DNA from: a virus
Lineage: Duplodnaviria; Caudoviricetes
Length of the DNA stretch: 64,000 nucleotides
IMG/VR virus record: IMGVR_UViG_3300017912_002752
Reading direction: 5' to 3' (one strand)
Shown: positions 9,078 through 18,401 of the stretch, in pieces
How positions within the stretch are numbered: the stretch's first letter is position 1
How the letters are laid out: every line of letters begins with the position of its first letter
The notes under the pieces: generated by a model
What the model was told of the DNA's origin: nothing
What the model saw: only the letters and a program-made list of their open reading frames with translations
Databases searched by the model: none
Made by a program: the position numbers and the translations under genes

Positions 9078-9617
9078 CTAATCTAATAAGTAACCATAAG
9101 GTGTTGCGTCTATATCCAATCCAATTGGATAGTTTTCTAACTTTAAATCCACAGTCATAGTTCTCTGAATGTATGGATTATAAAATTCACCTTCGGCGTC
9201 TAAACAAATTAATCCATTGTGTACATCTGCTACTAAAACATTATTCCAAACAACATATTCTTGGTCACCTGGAATCTCTATTCCTGCATACTTGTTGTCG
9301 ATATTTTCCCAAGTGTAAGTTCCGATGTCTAACAATGCATCATTGTCGTCACCATCTGAATCTAAAACATACAATGCGAAGTGTTGTCTATCTAATCTTG
9401 GTTCACCATCATCTACTTGTAGATACAGAATGAATATTTTTTTGATAGTATCGTCAATGTATTTTACACCACCAAATGATTTGATTTGTGCATATCTCTC
9501 ATTTGGGTCAAAAGATTCCCCATCAAGTGAAATCTCGAATACAGGTTCTAATACTTCTTCTTTTTCACATCCTAAAATTAGGAATAAACTTAATAATAAT
9601 AATAATTTTTTCATCAT
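9078..9617 (-). CDS. lipoprotein
   Basis: Signal MMKKLLLLLSLFLILG-C lipobox followed by EKEE. Confidence 0.75.
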   Translation of the reverse strand: MMKKLLLLLSLFLILGCEKEEVLEPVFEISLDGESFDPNERYAQIKSFGGVKYIDDTIKKIFILYLQVDDGEPRLDRQHFALYVLDSDGDDNDALLDIGTYTWENIDNKYAGIEIPGDQEYVVWNNVLVADVHNGLICLDAEGEFYNPYIQRTMTVDLKLENYPIGLDIDATPYGYLLD

Positions 9618-10606
9618 TTTAACCTTGCTCTAAATGGTATGTCATTTTCTCTCCAAAAAGCGTTTAGCATACTATGAAAGTTTTTGATAAGTTTTATCGC
9701 TTCTTTCTTCTTTTCAGGTGTATGGGTATCTAATCTTCCCTGTGGAATAATTCCTTTCGTAAATTGACTGATTTTAAATATACCAACCTCATTTACAGGT
9801 TCAGTTAGATTATCACCACCATCTTTACCCTTTCCTTTGTGTAAAGACCTATTCATGCCAACGCCTTCTTTCTGATAAGTGTTCCTACCACCTAAACACC
9901 TACCATCTAATGTAACCGGCCCTGGACATTTGTTTCCAAGGTTATCATAATAAATCTCTTTTATATACTTATCTTTCACTAACATTTGATGTAACTCTTT
10001 ACCTTTTCCTTTTATATCTTTCTCTGCCATTCTATATGTAGGTCCTTTGAATAATTTTACATATAGTTTTTCTAAGAAATCATACTTTTTTTCATCAGGT
10101 AAAGATTTCATTACTTTATTTATTTTTCCTCTATTTTTGTATATGTATTTTTTCATATCATCGTAGAAGAATGTATTTACATTTTCGTTTATTGATTCAT
10201 TGAATATACTTGTTTTTCGTGTATCAATTTTTAACTTTTTTAGTAAATCATAAATCTGATATATTTCACTATCTTTATTGTGACCAGGATGTAATTCAAT
10301 ATCTATTGTTTTTCCATCGAGTGATGCACCTTTAAATTTTCTATTGATTTTCTTTAAACCTAAATTTAATGCTTTAAGTACTTGTTCAGAGTTTTCATCC
10401 ATCGGCATATCTTTTGGAAACTCAACTTCAAAACTTTCTTTAACAATTCTAAAGTTGACTACCCTTCTACCATTAATTGTTGGCATACCATGGTCATCTT
10501 TTCCGATTGATTTAACAACTACTTTCTTGTTCTTAAATCTACCTGTTAAGATGGTGTCGCCTACTTTTACTGGCAATACGATATTTTCCGACCAAAGTGT
10601 TTTCAT
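9614..10606 (-). CDS. multi-segment hypothetical protein, candidate internal head protein
   Basis: Likely start 10606; KVGDTILTGRFKNKK domain; recurring hydrophobic-x-E junctions. Confidence 0.65.
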   Translation of the reverse strand: MKTLWSENIVLPVKVGDTILTGRFKNKKVVVKSIGKDDHGMPTINGRRVVNFRIVKESFEVEFPKDMPMDENSEQVLKALNLGLKKINRKFKGASLDGKTIDIELHPGHNKDSEIYQIYDLLKKLKIDTRKTSIFNESINENVNTFFYDDMKKYIYKNRGKINKVMKSLPDEKKYDFLEKLYVKLFKGPTYRMAEKDIKGKGKELHQMLVKDKYIKEIYYDNLGNKCPGPVTLDGRCLGGRNTYQKEGVGMNRSLHKGKGKDGGDNLTEPVNEVGIFKISQFTKGIIPQGRLDTHTPEKKKEAIKLIKNFHSMLNAFWRENDIPFRARLK

Positions 10607-10610
10607 TTTT

Positions 10611-10973
10611 TTATTTTTTAGTTGTGTTTTGAAACTTAAACTTCTCACCTGTAATAGATAACTTATCTATAACTTCAGTTTGAACATCTCTTAATAGTTT
10701 CTCTAACTTGTCTTTTTCGACAACCATAGCAGATACCTTGTCTTCTAATGCCTCATTCCTAGCTTTTAGTGATTCTACCTCTTCAGGATTCTTACCTATA
10801 AAAGTATAGATAACAACTGAAAGTGAACCAACTAACATACCGACAATTACTTTGAATATATCGTTATTAGTTTCAGGTATCTCAAAAAATGCTAAAAATA
10901 ACAAAAGTCCCATTACAAGTATGAATACTGTAGCAGCACCTATATATCCTCTTAGTTCTTTATCTTTAAACAT
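10611..10973 (-). CDS. two-TM plus coiled-coil membrane protein (holin/spanin-like)
   Basis: Two hydrophobic helices then a coiled coil. Confidence 0.6.
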   Translation of the reverse strand: MFKDKELRGYIGAATVFILVMGLLLFLAFFEIPETNNDIFKVIVGMLVGSLSVVIYTFIGKNPEEVESLKARNEALEDKVSAMVVEKDKLEKLLRDVQTEVIDKLSITGEKFKFQNTTKK

Positions 10974-10986
10974 ATCCCCTCTTTTC

Positions 10987-11634
10987 TTAAACTCTTTTTG
11001 TTTTTTTTAAATAATTAAACATTTCATGACCCAGTTTCATTCCAAACTTGGAATCACTTGGGTAATGTGCTCTTCCTATATTTCTACTTTTAGATATGTC
11101 TCTACCCAAACTCATTAAATTATATTGATGTTGGGGGTACATATCTGATAAAACTCTACCTATAAGTATCCCCTGACAAGAATGTCCGCTTGGATATGAT
11201 GGAGTTTTCATTGAATCCATAATAGTATCATCACCAATACTCATATCTATCAATGGATGTTGTGCCAATTGATATGGTCTTGGTCTATTATAGTGATATT
11301 TTAATTTCATTATTAGTATAGAACTATCTTGTAATAATTTTTCTACTATGCTATCTGGAAATTCTAATCCGACTGTATCTAAATACTCTTTGAATGTTCT
11401 ATCGACATCATCCATTTTTTTTACAAAATCTGGATCCTGTCTTAATTTTGATAATTCTTCTAATTCTATTCGAGTTTTTGATGAGGCATTACATGAAGGT
11501 GGATTTCCCATGAAGTTTTTTAGTGGAAAATCTTGGAGTAAGGATGGGGTTCTTTTCATTTTTTTCAGATGTTTTGGTTTTATTTCATCTGTGTATCCCA
11601 TTTTTTTAAGATTGTGTATATCTGTAAGTTTCAT
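10987..11634 (-). CDS. PAP2-superfamily phosphatase
   Basis: KYHYNRPRP, PSYPSGH, SRNIGRAHYPSD. Confidence 0.9.
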   Translation of the reverse strand: MKLTDIHNLKKMGYTDEIKPKHLKKMKRTPSLLQDFPLKNFMGNPPSCNASSKTRIELEELSKLRQDPDFVKKMDDVDRTFKEYLDTVGLEFPDSIVEKLLQDSSILIMKLKYHYNRPRPYQLAQHPLIDMSIGDDTIMDSMKTPSYPSGHSCQGILIGRVLSDMYPQHQYNLMSLGRDISKSRNIGRAHYPSDSKFGMKLGHEMFNYLKKTKRV

Positions 11635-11768
11635 CTTCCTTGTCCGCGATATTTCTTCTTATAGTGTTTACTTCCTTTACTTCTTGATGTTTTGGTCTTT
11701 GAGTGTATACCCGGCCTCTTCTTTGGGGGTGTACGATGATAGGTACTAACTACCGCTCTCTTTGCCAT
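11631..11768 (-). CDS. small basic protein (45 aa)
   Basis: Manual: MAKRAVVSTYHRTPPKKRPGIHSKTKTSRSKGSKHYKKKYRGQGR; ATGA overlap with PAP2 gene. Confidence 0.7.
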   Translation of the reverse strand: MAKRAVVSTYHRTPPKKRPGIHSKTKTSRSKGSKHYKKKYRGQGR

Positions 11769-11780
11769 TTTATAACCTTT

Positions 11781-12185
11781 CTAAAACTGAGATGCTGACT
11801 TAACCTCATCTATATGTTCTTGTAACTCGTCTAAAGTAACTGGACATTCTAAGTCCAATCCTGCTTTATACATTTCTTCTTTTATACCATCTTTGAATAC
11901 TATGATGGTCGGCGCCATTCGTATTCTATATTCTTTTTTAGCGTTTGGTGCAGTTGCTATATCAATTCTGTAATAGTGAGTTATTCCTTTAAGTTTGTCC
12001 CAATCTTGAAATGCGTTTGCATCATTAAATTTTGCCCAAAACTCAACTATAACGATTGACATTTCATCGTCACCAAATGCGGACTTATTAGATATTTTTT
12101 CATCAAAGTTACTATCTGTTATCCAATCTTGTCCAAATGAGTTACTACTAATAAGTAACATCACTAAAAATAACAATTTTTTCAT
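11781..12185 (-). CDS. secreted thioredoxin-fold protein lacking CxxC
   Basis: Signal peptide; IVEFWAKFN in place of WCxxC; YRIRMAPTIIVFKDG cis-Pro strand. Confidence 0.7.
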   Translation of the reverse strand: MKKLLFLVMLLISSNSFGQDWITDSNFDEKISNKSAFGDDEMSIVIVEFWAKFNDANAFQDWDKLKGITHYYRIDIATAPNAKKEYRIRMAPTIIVFKDGIKEEMYKAGLDLECPVTLDELQEHIDEVKSASQF

Positions 12186-12200
12186 ATACTGAAACCTGTT

Positions 12201-12488
12201 TTATCTACGACTTTGTTGTAATTCGTAGAGTCGTTCATCAATTTTATCAAGTTTATCCTTGATATCGTCTACATCGTCTTGAGTATCTAAAATGGTCTGG
12301 CGAATTAATTCGTCCTTCAGGTCATACTCAGTTCTATCAATGACAGGTGCAGGTAATTCCTTTGCCTCTTGGATGTCACCTTGAAGAGTAAACCACATTC
12401 CGACAACCGTTGCTACAAAAAACAGAATTACCCCGATTGTTTTTAAATCAAGGGTAATTTTAGTTTCTTCTGATACTTGCTTTGCCAT
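12201..12488 (-). CDS. single-TM coiled-coil membrane protein
   Basis: TM IGVILFFVATVVGMWF then coiled coil. Confidence 0.7.
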   Translation of the reverse strand: MAKQVSEETKITLDLKTIGVILFFVATVVGMWFTLQGDIQEAKELPAPVIDRTEYDLKDELIRQTILDTQDDVDDIKDKLDKIDERLYELQQSRR

Positions 12489-12505
12489 AACAATCTCTTC
12501 CTCTA

Positions 12506-13759
12506 TTACCTAAATGTATAGTTTATACCAAATGTTGTAATGAAAAATTTAGAATCCCACATTTGAGTATATTCACCTTCTGCGAATAATCCAATTGATT
12601 TTCCGATTTTCCATCCAAAGTTTGCACCTGCTTGGTAATCCCACCATTGTTCACCTTCTGCTGCGTCTGCCAACCCATACTGGTCCCAATCGTTTCTGTA
12701 TAGGTAAGATAGGGGAACTCTACCGAAATCATCTTTATCACCCATTACATACTTGTGATGTGGTAAAAATGCTGAACCATATAGGTGTAGCCAAAAGTTT
12801 GACTTGTAGTGATAGAAATCGAATCCGACTACTGGTGAAATTAATCCAAATTCTGCCGTATTACCTAAAATATCATTATTGTATTCTGAGATTAACCTTT
12901 TATATGCACCATCTCTAAATTCTAAATCCGAAGATGCAATTCTTCTTCCTTCAGGGTCCCACCAAAAATAACCACCTATATTTTGTTCTTGACCTGTTAT
13001 AGGATTTAAAATAGTTGTTGTATAAAATGCGTCTTGATATCCGTATTCATATGCAAGTTCATACCAGTAGTTAGCTTGTGAACCATCAGGATTTAAAGCA
13101 CTTACCCAAATTTCATATGGATTTACACCATATACTCTTTCGTGAGTTCTGAATGCTGCTCCTGCTGATATAGAGAACTTTTTACCAATTGGTAATCTTC
13201 CTCTTACTTCTGCTGCACTATAATTAAAGTCAAATGCACCTTGATATCTTTGTTCTAATTTTACAATATGGTGTTTACCTGTATGTCTAAGGAAATATCT
13301 TAGGTTAGACCATTCTTCACCTCTTCTTCTCTCTTTTTCAAAGTGGAATAAGTATTCCCACCCTGTTACTGCTGAAGTTGGTGCGATTAGTGCGTTTTGT
13401 CTTTCTAAGTTTTGGTCACCTGTCCAAAAGTTACCTGGCTTTCTTTCGTATCCAAAGCGACCTAATTTACGAATACCAAACCCGATTCTATAATCTGATG
13501 GGAAGTATTCAGTAACATCTACTACTTCAGGTACATCATAAATACCTTGTCCATCTGGTGTTCTAATTAAGTATTTTTTGTCCGAACTTTCGTAAGGTGC
13601 TCTATAATCACCTGCTCCATATACTGTTGCGTATTTGAAGAAGTTATTATAGAAAGTTTTTAATATTGGTTTTTTGTCTTTCTTTTTTTCATCTTGTGCA
13701 TTGACACTCATTGGTGTAATCATCAAGATAATCATCAAAATTGATAATAAATTTCTCAT
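12506..13759 (-). CDS. probable outer-membrane beta-barrel protein
   Basis: Signal peptide (..VNA-Q), aromatic-rich amphipathic strands, C-terminal FGINYTFR. Confidence 0.6.
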   Translation of the reverse strand: MRNLLSILMIILMITPMSVNAQDEKKKDKKPILKTFYNNFFKYATVYGAGDYRAPYESSDKKYLIRTPDGQGIYDVPEVVDVTEYFPSDYRIGFGIRKLGRFGYERKPGNFWTGDQNLERQNALIAPTSAVTGWEYLFHFEKERRRGEEWSNLRYFLRHTGKHHIVKLEQRYQGAFDFNYSAAEVRGRLPIGKKFSISAGAAFRTHERVYGVNPYEIWVSALNPDGSQANYWYELAYEYGYQDAFYTTTILNPITGQEQNIGGYFWWDPEGRRIASSDLEFRDGAYKRLISEYNNDILGNTAEFGLISPVVGFDFYHYKSNFWLHLYGSAFLPHHKYVMGDKDDFGRVPLSYLYRNDWDQYGLADAAEGEQWWDYQAGANFGWKIGKSIGLFAEGEYTQMWDSKFFITTFGINYTFR

Positions 13760-13777
13760 TGTGGTTCTAACCCCTCT

Positions 13778-14026
13778 TTACTTTTTAGCAAATTTTTCTA
13801 ACCCTGCGATACCAAAACAACCAAGAGTTACAAATACGAATGAATTGTAAATGAACTCATTGATTACTAAATCTTTTCCAAAGTATCCAGTTGCAAGGTC
13901 AAAGAATGCGAATAGAGTCATGACTGCGAAAGACATGAAACCAATTACATTCTTTTCATTAATGTCGTTGTCGTCCTTAAAGATGTTTTTAAATGCCATC
14001 CATTTTCTCCCGATATATTTAAACAT
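13778..14026 (-). CDS. putative holin (2 TM)
   Basis: Two TM helices, basic ends, adjacent to putative endolysin. Confidence 0.55.
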   Translation of the reverse strand: MFKYIGRKWMAFKNIFKDDNDINEKNVIGFMSFAVMTLFAFFDLATGYFGKDLVINEFIYNSFVFVTLGCFGIAGLEKFAKK

Positions 14027-14081
14027 AATATATAACCTTTTATTTAAAACTGATTACTAATATAAATAGTCTATTTTAGTA

Positions 14082-14696
14082 TTAACCGTTTATGTCATTT
14101 GAATTAATTAAAGTGTATGTAAATGAGTTACCCCAAACATCTCTTGCTTTTCTACAAATTTCCATAAACAACTTAAAATCATCGTTTGCTGCGATTACTT
14201 GACACCCTGCCGACCACTTGTCAACTTGTACTGATTTACCACCTTCTCTTGCAGTAGCTCTGTGAATATTAATTCCATAAATTCCTTCATGTACATTCTC
14301 TTCAATAAAGTCGTATGTGTCATCTCTATCACCATCTCTATATACTTTTAATGGTTTCTTTTGTCTCAGTGCCTCATACTTACCTTGATGTAGTCCAATC
14401 TTATGTGAACCTCTGTATTGACCTTCTTTTAGAATTGCCACTCCATTTTTATTTAGAAGTTGTTTCTCAGTCCAATGTGAACCTGGGTCCGTAGTTGCGT
14501 CAAAACAATGAAAGTTCCACTCACCATTTTCATTTTTGTATGAGATAGTAAGATGGTCATCGAACCTATTTGTTACTTCATTATTAGTATCTGCGTTTCT
14601 TACACCAACGATATTTACATCATAATTGTCCGATGTAAACCATTTGTATCCTTTTGCTTTTACTGCGTCTTGTATTTGTTCTCTTGTATAAGACAT
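14082..14696 (-). CDS. putative endolysin, L,D-peptidase (YkuD-like)
   Basis: GINIHRA...WSAGCQV His/Cys motif. Confidence 0.7.
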   Translation of the reverse strand: MSYTREQIQDAVKAKGYKWFTSDNYDVNIVGVRNADTNNEVTNRFDDHLTISYKNENGEWNFHCFDATTDPGSHWTEKQLLNKNGVAILKEGQYRGSHKIGLHQGKYEALRQKKPLKVYRDGDRDDTYDFIEENVHEGIYGINIHRATAREGGKSVQVDKWSAGCQVIAANDDFKLFMEICRKARDVWGNSFTYTLINSNDING

Positions 14697-14698
14697 GA

Positions 14699-15019
14699 TT
14701 ATTTCCTTTTTTTACGACCTGCACAATGAGCTTTTTGTGAGAAACCCTTTGGATTACTGCAGTCGATTGATTTTTTATATTTATCTGACCATTTCTCATC
14801 AATCTTTTTGATAAGTTCCTCTAACCTTTTTTCTAAGGTTTCTTTTTTAGATGGGAGTCCTTTATGTTTAGTTGCCGCATATTTTCTAACATCAGATGGT
14901 TTCATGTTCTTAGCAACCTTTTGCGCATCCTTTGAAAAGTCTGACGCCTTTGCATCACCTTTTTGTATCGCTCTAACGATACCCATGAATTTCTGTTGTT
15001 GTTTACTTAGTGCGGGCAT
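14699..15019 (-). CDS. DUF3008-like basic phage protein
   Basis: MPALSKQQQKFMG...ATKHKGLP plus KWSDKYKKSIDCSNPKGFSQKAHC domain. Confidence 0.7.
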   Translation of the reverse strand: MPALSKQQQKFMGIVRAIQKGDAKASDFSKDAQKVAKNMKPSDVRKYAATKHKGLPSKKETLEKRLEELIKKIDEKWSDKYKKSIDCSNPKGFSQKAHCAGRKKRK

Positions 15020-15031
15020 AAAATCTCCTTA

Positions 15032-15187
15032 CTAATAAGTATCTAATAAAAAATTTATAGGGATGGTCCAAGTAATATCAAATGGGTCATTAACCTCTGC
15101 TACGCCCTTTTGTTCGTTGAGTGATATAAGAGTCACCCTTTCGCCCTCTACCAGACTTCCCCTGTGATTGCTGAAAGTCTCCCTCAT
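15032..15187 (-). CDS. hypothetical protein (SH3-like)
   Basis: MRETFSNHRGSLVEGERVTLI...; A-rich upstream; overlaps next ORF. Confidence 0.45.
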   Translation of the reverse strand: MRETFSNHRGSLVEGERVTLISLNEQKGVAEVNDPFDITWTIPINFLLDTY

Positions 15188-15281
15188 CAATATTTTTTTT
15201 CCTATTTCTTCTTGTAAATTTTTCATAAGTTTCGTAGTATTCGTCTTCAAAGTCTATACTTCTTAAATCAATTTTTCCCAT
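15090..15281 (-). CDS. small charged hypothetical protein
   Basis: Start overlaps the 3' end of the upstream gene. Confidence 0.5.
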   Translation of the reverse strand: MGKIDLRSIDFEDEYYETYEKFTRRNRKKNIDEGDFQQSQGKSGRGRKGDSYITQRTKGRSRG

Positions 15282-15519
15282 GTTTGATTACCCTTAAATT
15301 CTTGATTTTTTCAAGAAATTGTTCAACTGTATAATTTTTGTTTTGTTCGTCTTTTATTTTGACTTCTGTAAGTGTATCAGGATATTTTTCTACCAATCTT
15401 TCAAGAATTCCAAACCCTTCTTCTGTCCAAAAATTTTTGAAAGAAACCTCACCTAAGATGTTTGTTGTAAAGTCTGCATCTTCTTCTGAATCGTCTGGTA
15501 GTAATATAAAGTATCTCAT
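15268..15519 (-). CDS. hypothetical protein
   Basis: ATGA-coupled ORF. Confidence 0.7.
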   Translation of the reverse strand: MRYFILLPDDSEEDADFTTNILGEVSFKNFWTEEGFGILERLVEKYPDTLTEVKIKDEQNKNYTVEQFLEKIKNLRVIKHGKN

Positions 15520-16703
15520 AGATTTATTAAACTTTTTTCATAGTGTTTTATTCGATTAACCTTTATATTAAATATGTCTAACTCAAACGAACCGACTTCT
15601 AAATCGTTCCCGTCAAAGATTTCTGACCACTTTTGGATGTAGGAATATGAGTTGTTTGTAAGTCTATTTGCATCAAAACTTATTTCGATATCAGAGTCTT
15701 CGTGGACATTTATTTTTTCTCTTAAATCAAAATTAGTATTTGGTTGTTCCAATTTTATGTAACTATCAATTGCGTCTTCATCAATATCAATTGTAATTCT
15801 ATCACACCATGGTTCTAAAATGTTTAGTATTTGGGAATTACCATTTTCTACATTGAACTCAATATCATATTTATGTGGAACTTCAGGCAACATTAAATTA
15901 TCATGTTTTACAAAATGTCCCCATTTTCTAATAAAATTCCTTGTTGACCTCATGTTTTGTTTCAACCACTCATCTGACTCTTTACCCACTTCAGTTAATG
16001 TTGGATTATATCTTGAACCTCTACAAGTCATATGATATACACACCCATCCCAAGTCTGAATCAAGTCGTATCCATTCAGTAAGAATCTGTTAAATATGTC
16101 AGAGTCTTCTTTTGATTGTGGTGCATACAATGGGTCGTGTCCACCGATTGATGTAAAATCTTCTTTAAATAAAAACCAAGGTGCAAATATACCTTTAGTT
16201 GTTTTTCCGTGTTTATATCTTTCTTTACCTGAGTTAAACCATTCTAAGAATCCATCTTCATCAAAGTCTTCAGGTTCAGTTTTCCAATCCTTCAACACTT
16301 TTTCAGGCCCATCGGGGTGAAGTGGTGGTTCAATTCTTGTCAATGAAATAACACTTAATGGTTTAATATGTTCTAATACAGATTCTAATGCGTTTGGACA
16401 TAGATACATATCAGCATGATAGATTCCTACAATCGGAGTAGTTGCAACTTCATTTATCAATCTATCATACAGAATAGTATGTCCCAATCTTGTTGGTCCT
16501 TCATTTCTAATAGCTTTGAAGTTTGGGTCTTCTTTCATTCTATCTTGACACCACTCCCAAGTTCCATCAGAACTGAAATCATCTGCTACACATATTGTTG
16601 GGTCAGGTCCACCATTTTTTCTGATTGACTCGTATGACCATTTTAAATACTTCAAGTTATCTCTTGAAGGCTGGATAAAACTAATATCTTTTTTACTTAA
16701 CAT
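15516..16703 (-). CDS. glycosyltransferase family 2
   Basis: VADDFSSDGT, HADM, EDSD, VYHMTCRGSR. Confidence 0.85.
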   Translation of the reverse strand: MLSKKDISFIQPSRDNLKYLKWSYESIRKNGGPDPTICVADDFSSDGTWEWCQDRMKEDPNFKAIRNEGPTRLGHTILYDRLINEVATTPIVGIYHADMYLCPNALESVLEHIKPLSVISLTRIEPPLHPDGPEKVLKDWKTEPEDFDEDGFLEWFNSGKERYKHGKTTKGIFAPWFLFKEDFTSIGGHDPLYAPQSKEDSDIFNRFLLNGYDLIQTWDGCVYHMTCRGSRYNPTLTEVGKESDEWLKQNMRSTRNFIRKWGHFVKHDNLMLPEVPHKYDIEFNVENGNSQILNILEPWCDRITIDIDEDAIDSYIKLEQPNTNFDLREKINVHEDSDIEISFDANRLTNNSYSYIQKWSEIFDGNDLEVGSFELDIFNIKVNRIKHYEKSLINL

Positions 16704-17514
16704 AATTTTTTACCTTTTTAATTAAATCATCGTAGGTTTGTACATGATATATTTTTTGACCTGATAGTTTAGGGAAGAATCTTTCATATGAGTTATGCTT
16801 TACTTCATACCCTTTTATTCCATATATAATATTTTGTCCACCAAAGTATGATGCCAATGCTGAGTTACCACCTTGTGTTGATATATGATAATCACAATTA
16901 CTCAAAACTGCCATTTGTGTTGTATTGTAATCTAACTTGTAATCTTTTTGGAAGTCTTGCATCAATGGAATCCCCATTTGATTTGCCAAGTTCCAATCAC
17001 CCCATACTCGTTGTGGACTTCCATCATTCGTAATATCAGTTGAGGATGGTCTATTATATACAACTTGAAATTTATCTTTACACAACTCAAATATTATTTG
17101 TAATGATTCTAAATCAATGTAATTTATAGGATGGTTGCCCCATTCTGTTTGAAACTTATTTGAGATTACCAATAATGGTTTCTCTAAAAACATTTCATAC
17201 TTTGATTGATAATAATCTTTTAGATTTGGCGGTGACCATTTATCTTCCCACATTAGTTTATCACCAACGACAGGTTTTGAAAAAACACCTGCCACATGAT
17301 TATGTGGTTTGTAATAAGATTCACCATCGATGTCTACTCTTAAAAATGGTTCTCGTGAGTTGTATATTTCATTTACTTTTATATTCGGATAAAGTAACTT
17401 TGCACCAACTGCACCATTCACTACAATATCGTGACCTTGCTCTTTATACCAATTGACTAAAGGTAGTGCGGTAAATAACTCGTAACCAAATTCACCATTA
17501 ATATCGAATGTCAT
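16693..17514 (-). CDS. putative glycosyltransferase (GT-B-like)
   Basis: GEFGYEL start, ISTQGGNS; glycan-cluster context. Confidence 0.55.
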   Translation of the reverse strand: MTFDINGEFGYELFTALPLVNWYKEQGHDIVVNGAVGAKLLYPNIKVNEIYNSREPFLRVDIDGESYYKPHNHVAGVFSKPVVGDKLMWEDKWSPPNLKDYYQSKYEMFLEKPLLVISNKFQTEWGNHPINYIDLESLQIIFELCKDKFQVVYNRPSSTDITNDGSPQRVWGDWNLANQMGIPLMQDFQKDYKLDYNTTQMAVLSNCDYHISTQGGNSALASYFGGQNIIYGIKGYEVKHNSYERFFPKLSGQKIYHVQTYDDLIKKVKNYVK

Positions 17515-18401
17515 TATAAATCCAATTTTAATTGTTTACCTTTATAAAGAGATTTTATGTAATCTTCTAATCTATCTTTTGGTTCCCAGTTAAGGAACTC
17601 TATTGCTTCATCAGACTCTCTGATTGTCTCTCTGTAATTACCATGTTGGTCTGGAATATATACTTTGGTTGCACCACCATACTTTACAAACATATCAGCA
17701 ACTTCATTGATTGAGTAATTCATACCTGTACCGAGTTCCCATGCATCAAATGTTGGTTTAACATCATGTCCATTCAATCTTAGTAATGCGTCAACAATAT
17801 CGTATACATGAGTAAAGTCTCTTCTTTGTTCACCATCACCAACGATTGTTATTGGTTCACCATTTTGAACTTGTCTTCTCCATATACCAATCACTGCGGC
17901 CCAATCACCTTCGATAACTTCATGTGGTCCATAAACATTATAGAATCTACAAATCTCAATATCCATATTGTAAGTTCTTTTATATAACTTACACAATTCT
18001 TCACCAAGATATTTACAAGCCGCATATGGTGATTGATATGGGTCGTGGTGTTTTGAAGATGAACCTGCGTAAATTACTTTTAAATCTTTTTTTCGTGCCC
18101 ACTCAAGAACTCTTTGAGTACCTATTGTGTTTACATTAAAGGTTTCTGATGGATTTTCGAAAGATGGCTGGATTCTTGATAGTCCAGCCAAGTGATAAAC
18201 TAAATCAAAACTATTGTCCATTCCAAAATAATAGTTTACATACTCAACCGTACCCTCAACATAATGACACCCATTCACATGATTTTTTTCTGTACCTGTT
18301 GAGTAATCATCAAGAGATACTACTTCGTGTCCGTTTGTAACTAATCTTTTAATTAAATTTGTACCGACAAATCCGGCACCGCCTGTAACTAATATTTTCA
18401 T
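17514..18401 (-). CDS. NAD-dependent epimerase/dehydratase
   Basis: GGAGFVG, YAACK (YxxxK), RFYNVYGP, GDGEQRRDF. Confidence 0.92.
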   Translation of the reverse strand: MKILVTGGAGFVGTNLIKRLVTNGHEVVSLDDYSTGTEKNHVNGCHYVEGTVEYVNYYFGMDNSFDLVYHLAGLSRIQPSFENPSETFNVNTIGTQRVLEWARKKDLKVIYAGSSSKHHDPYQSPYAACKYLGEELCKLYKRTYNMDIEICRFYNVYGPHEVIEGDWAAVIGIWRRQVQNGEPITIVGDGEQRRDFTHVYDIVDALLRLNGHDVKPTFDAWELGTGMNYSINEVADMFVKYGGATKVYIPDQHGNYRETIRESDEAIEFLNWEPKDRLEDYIKSLYKGKQLKLDL

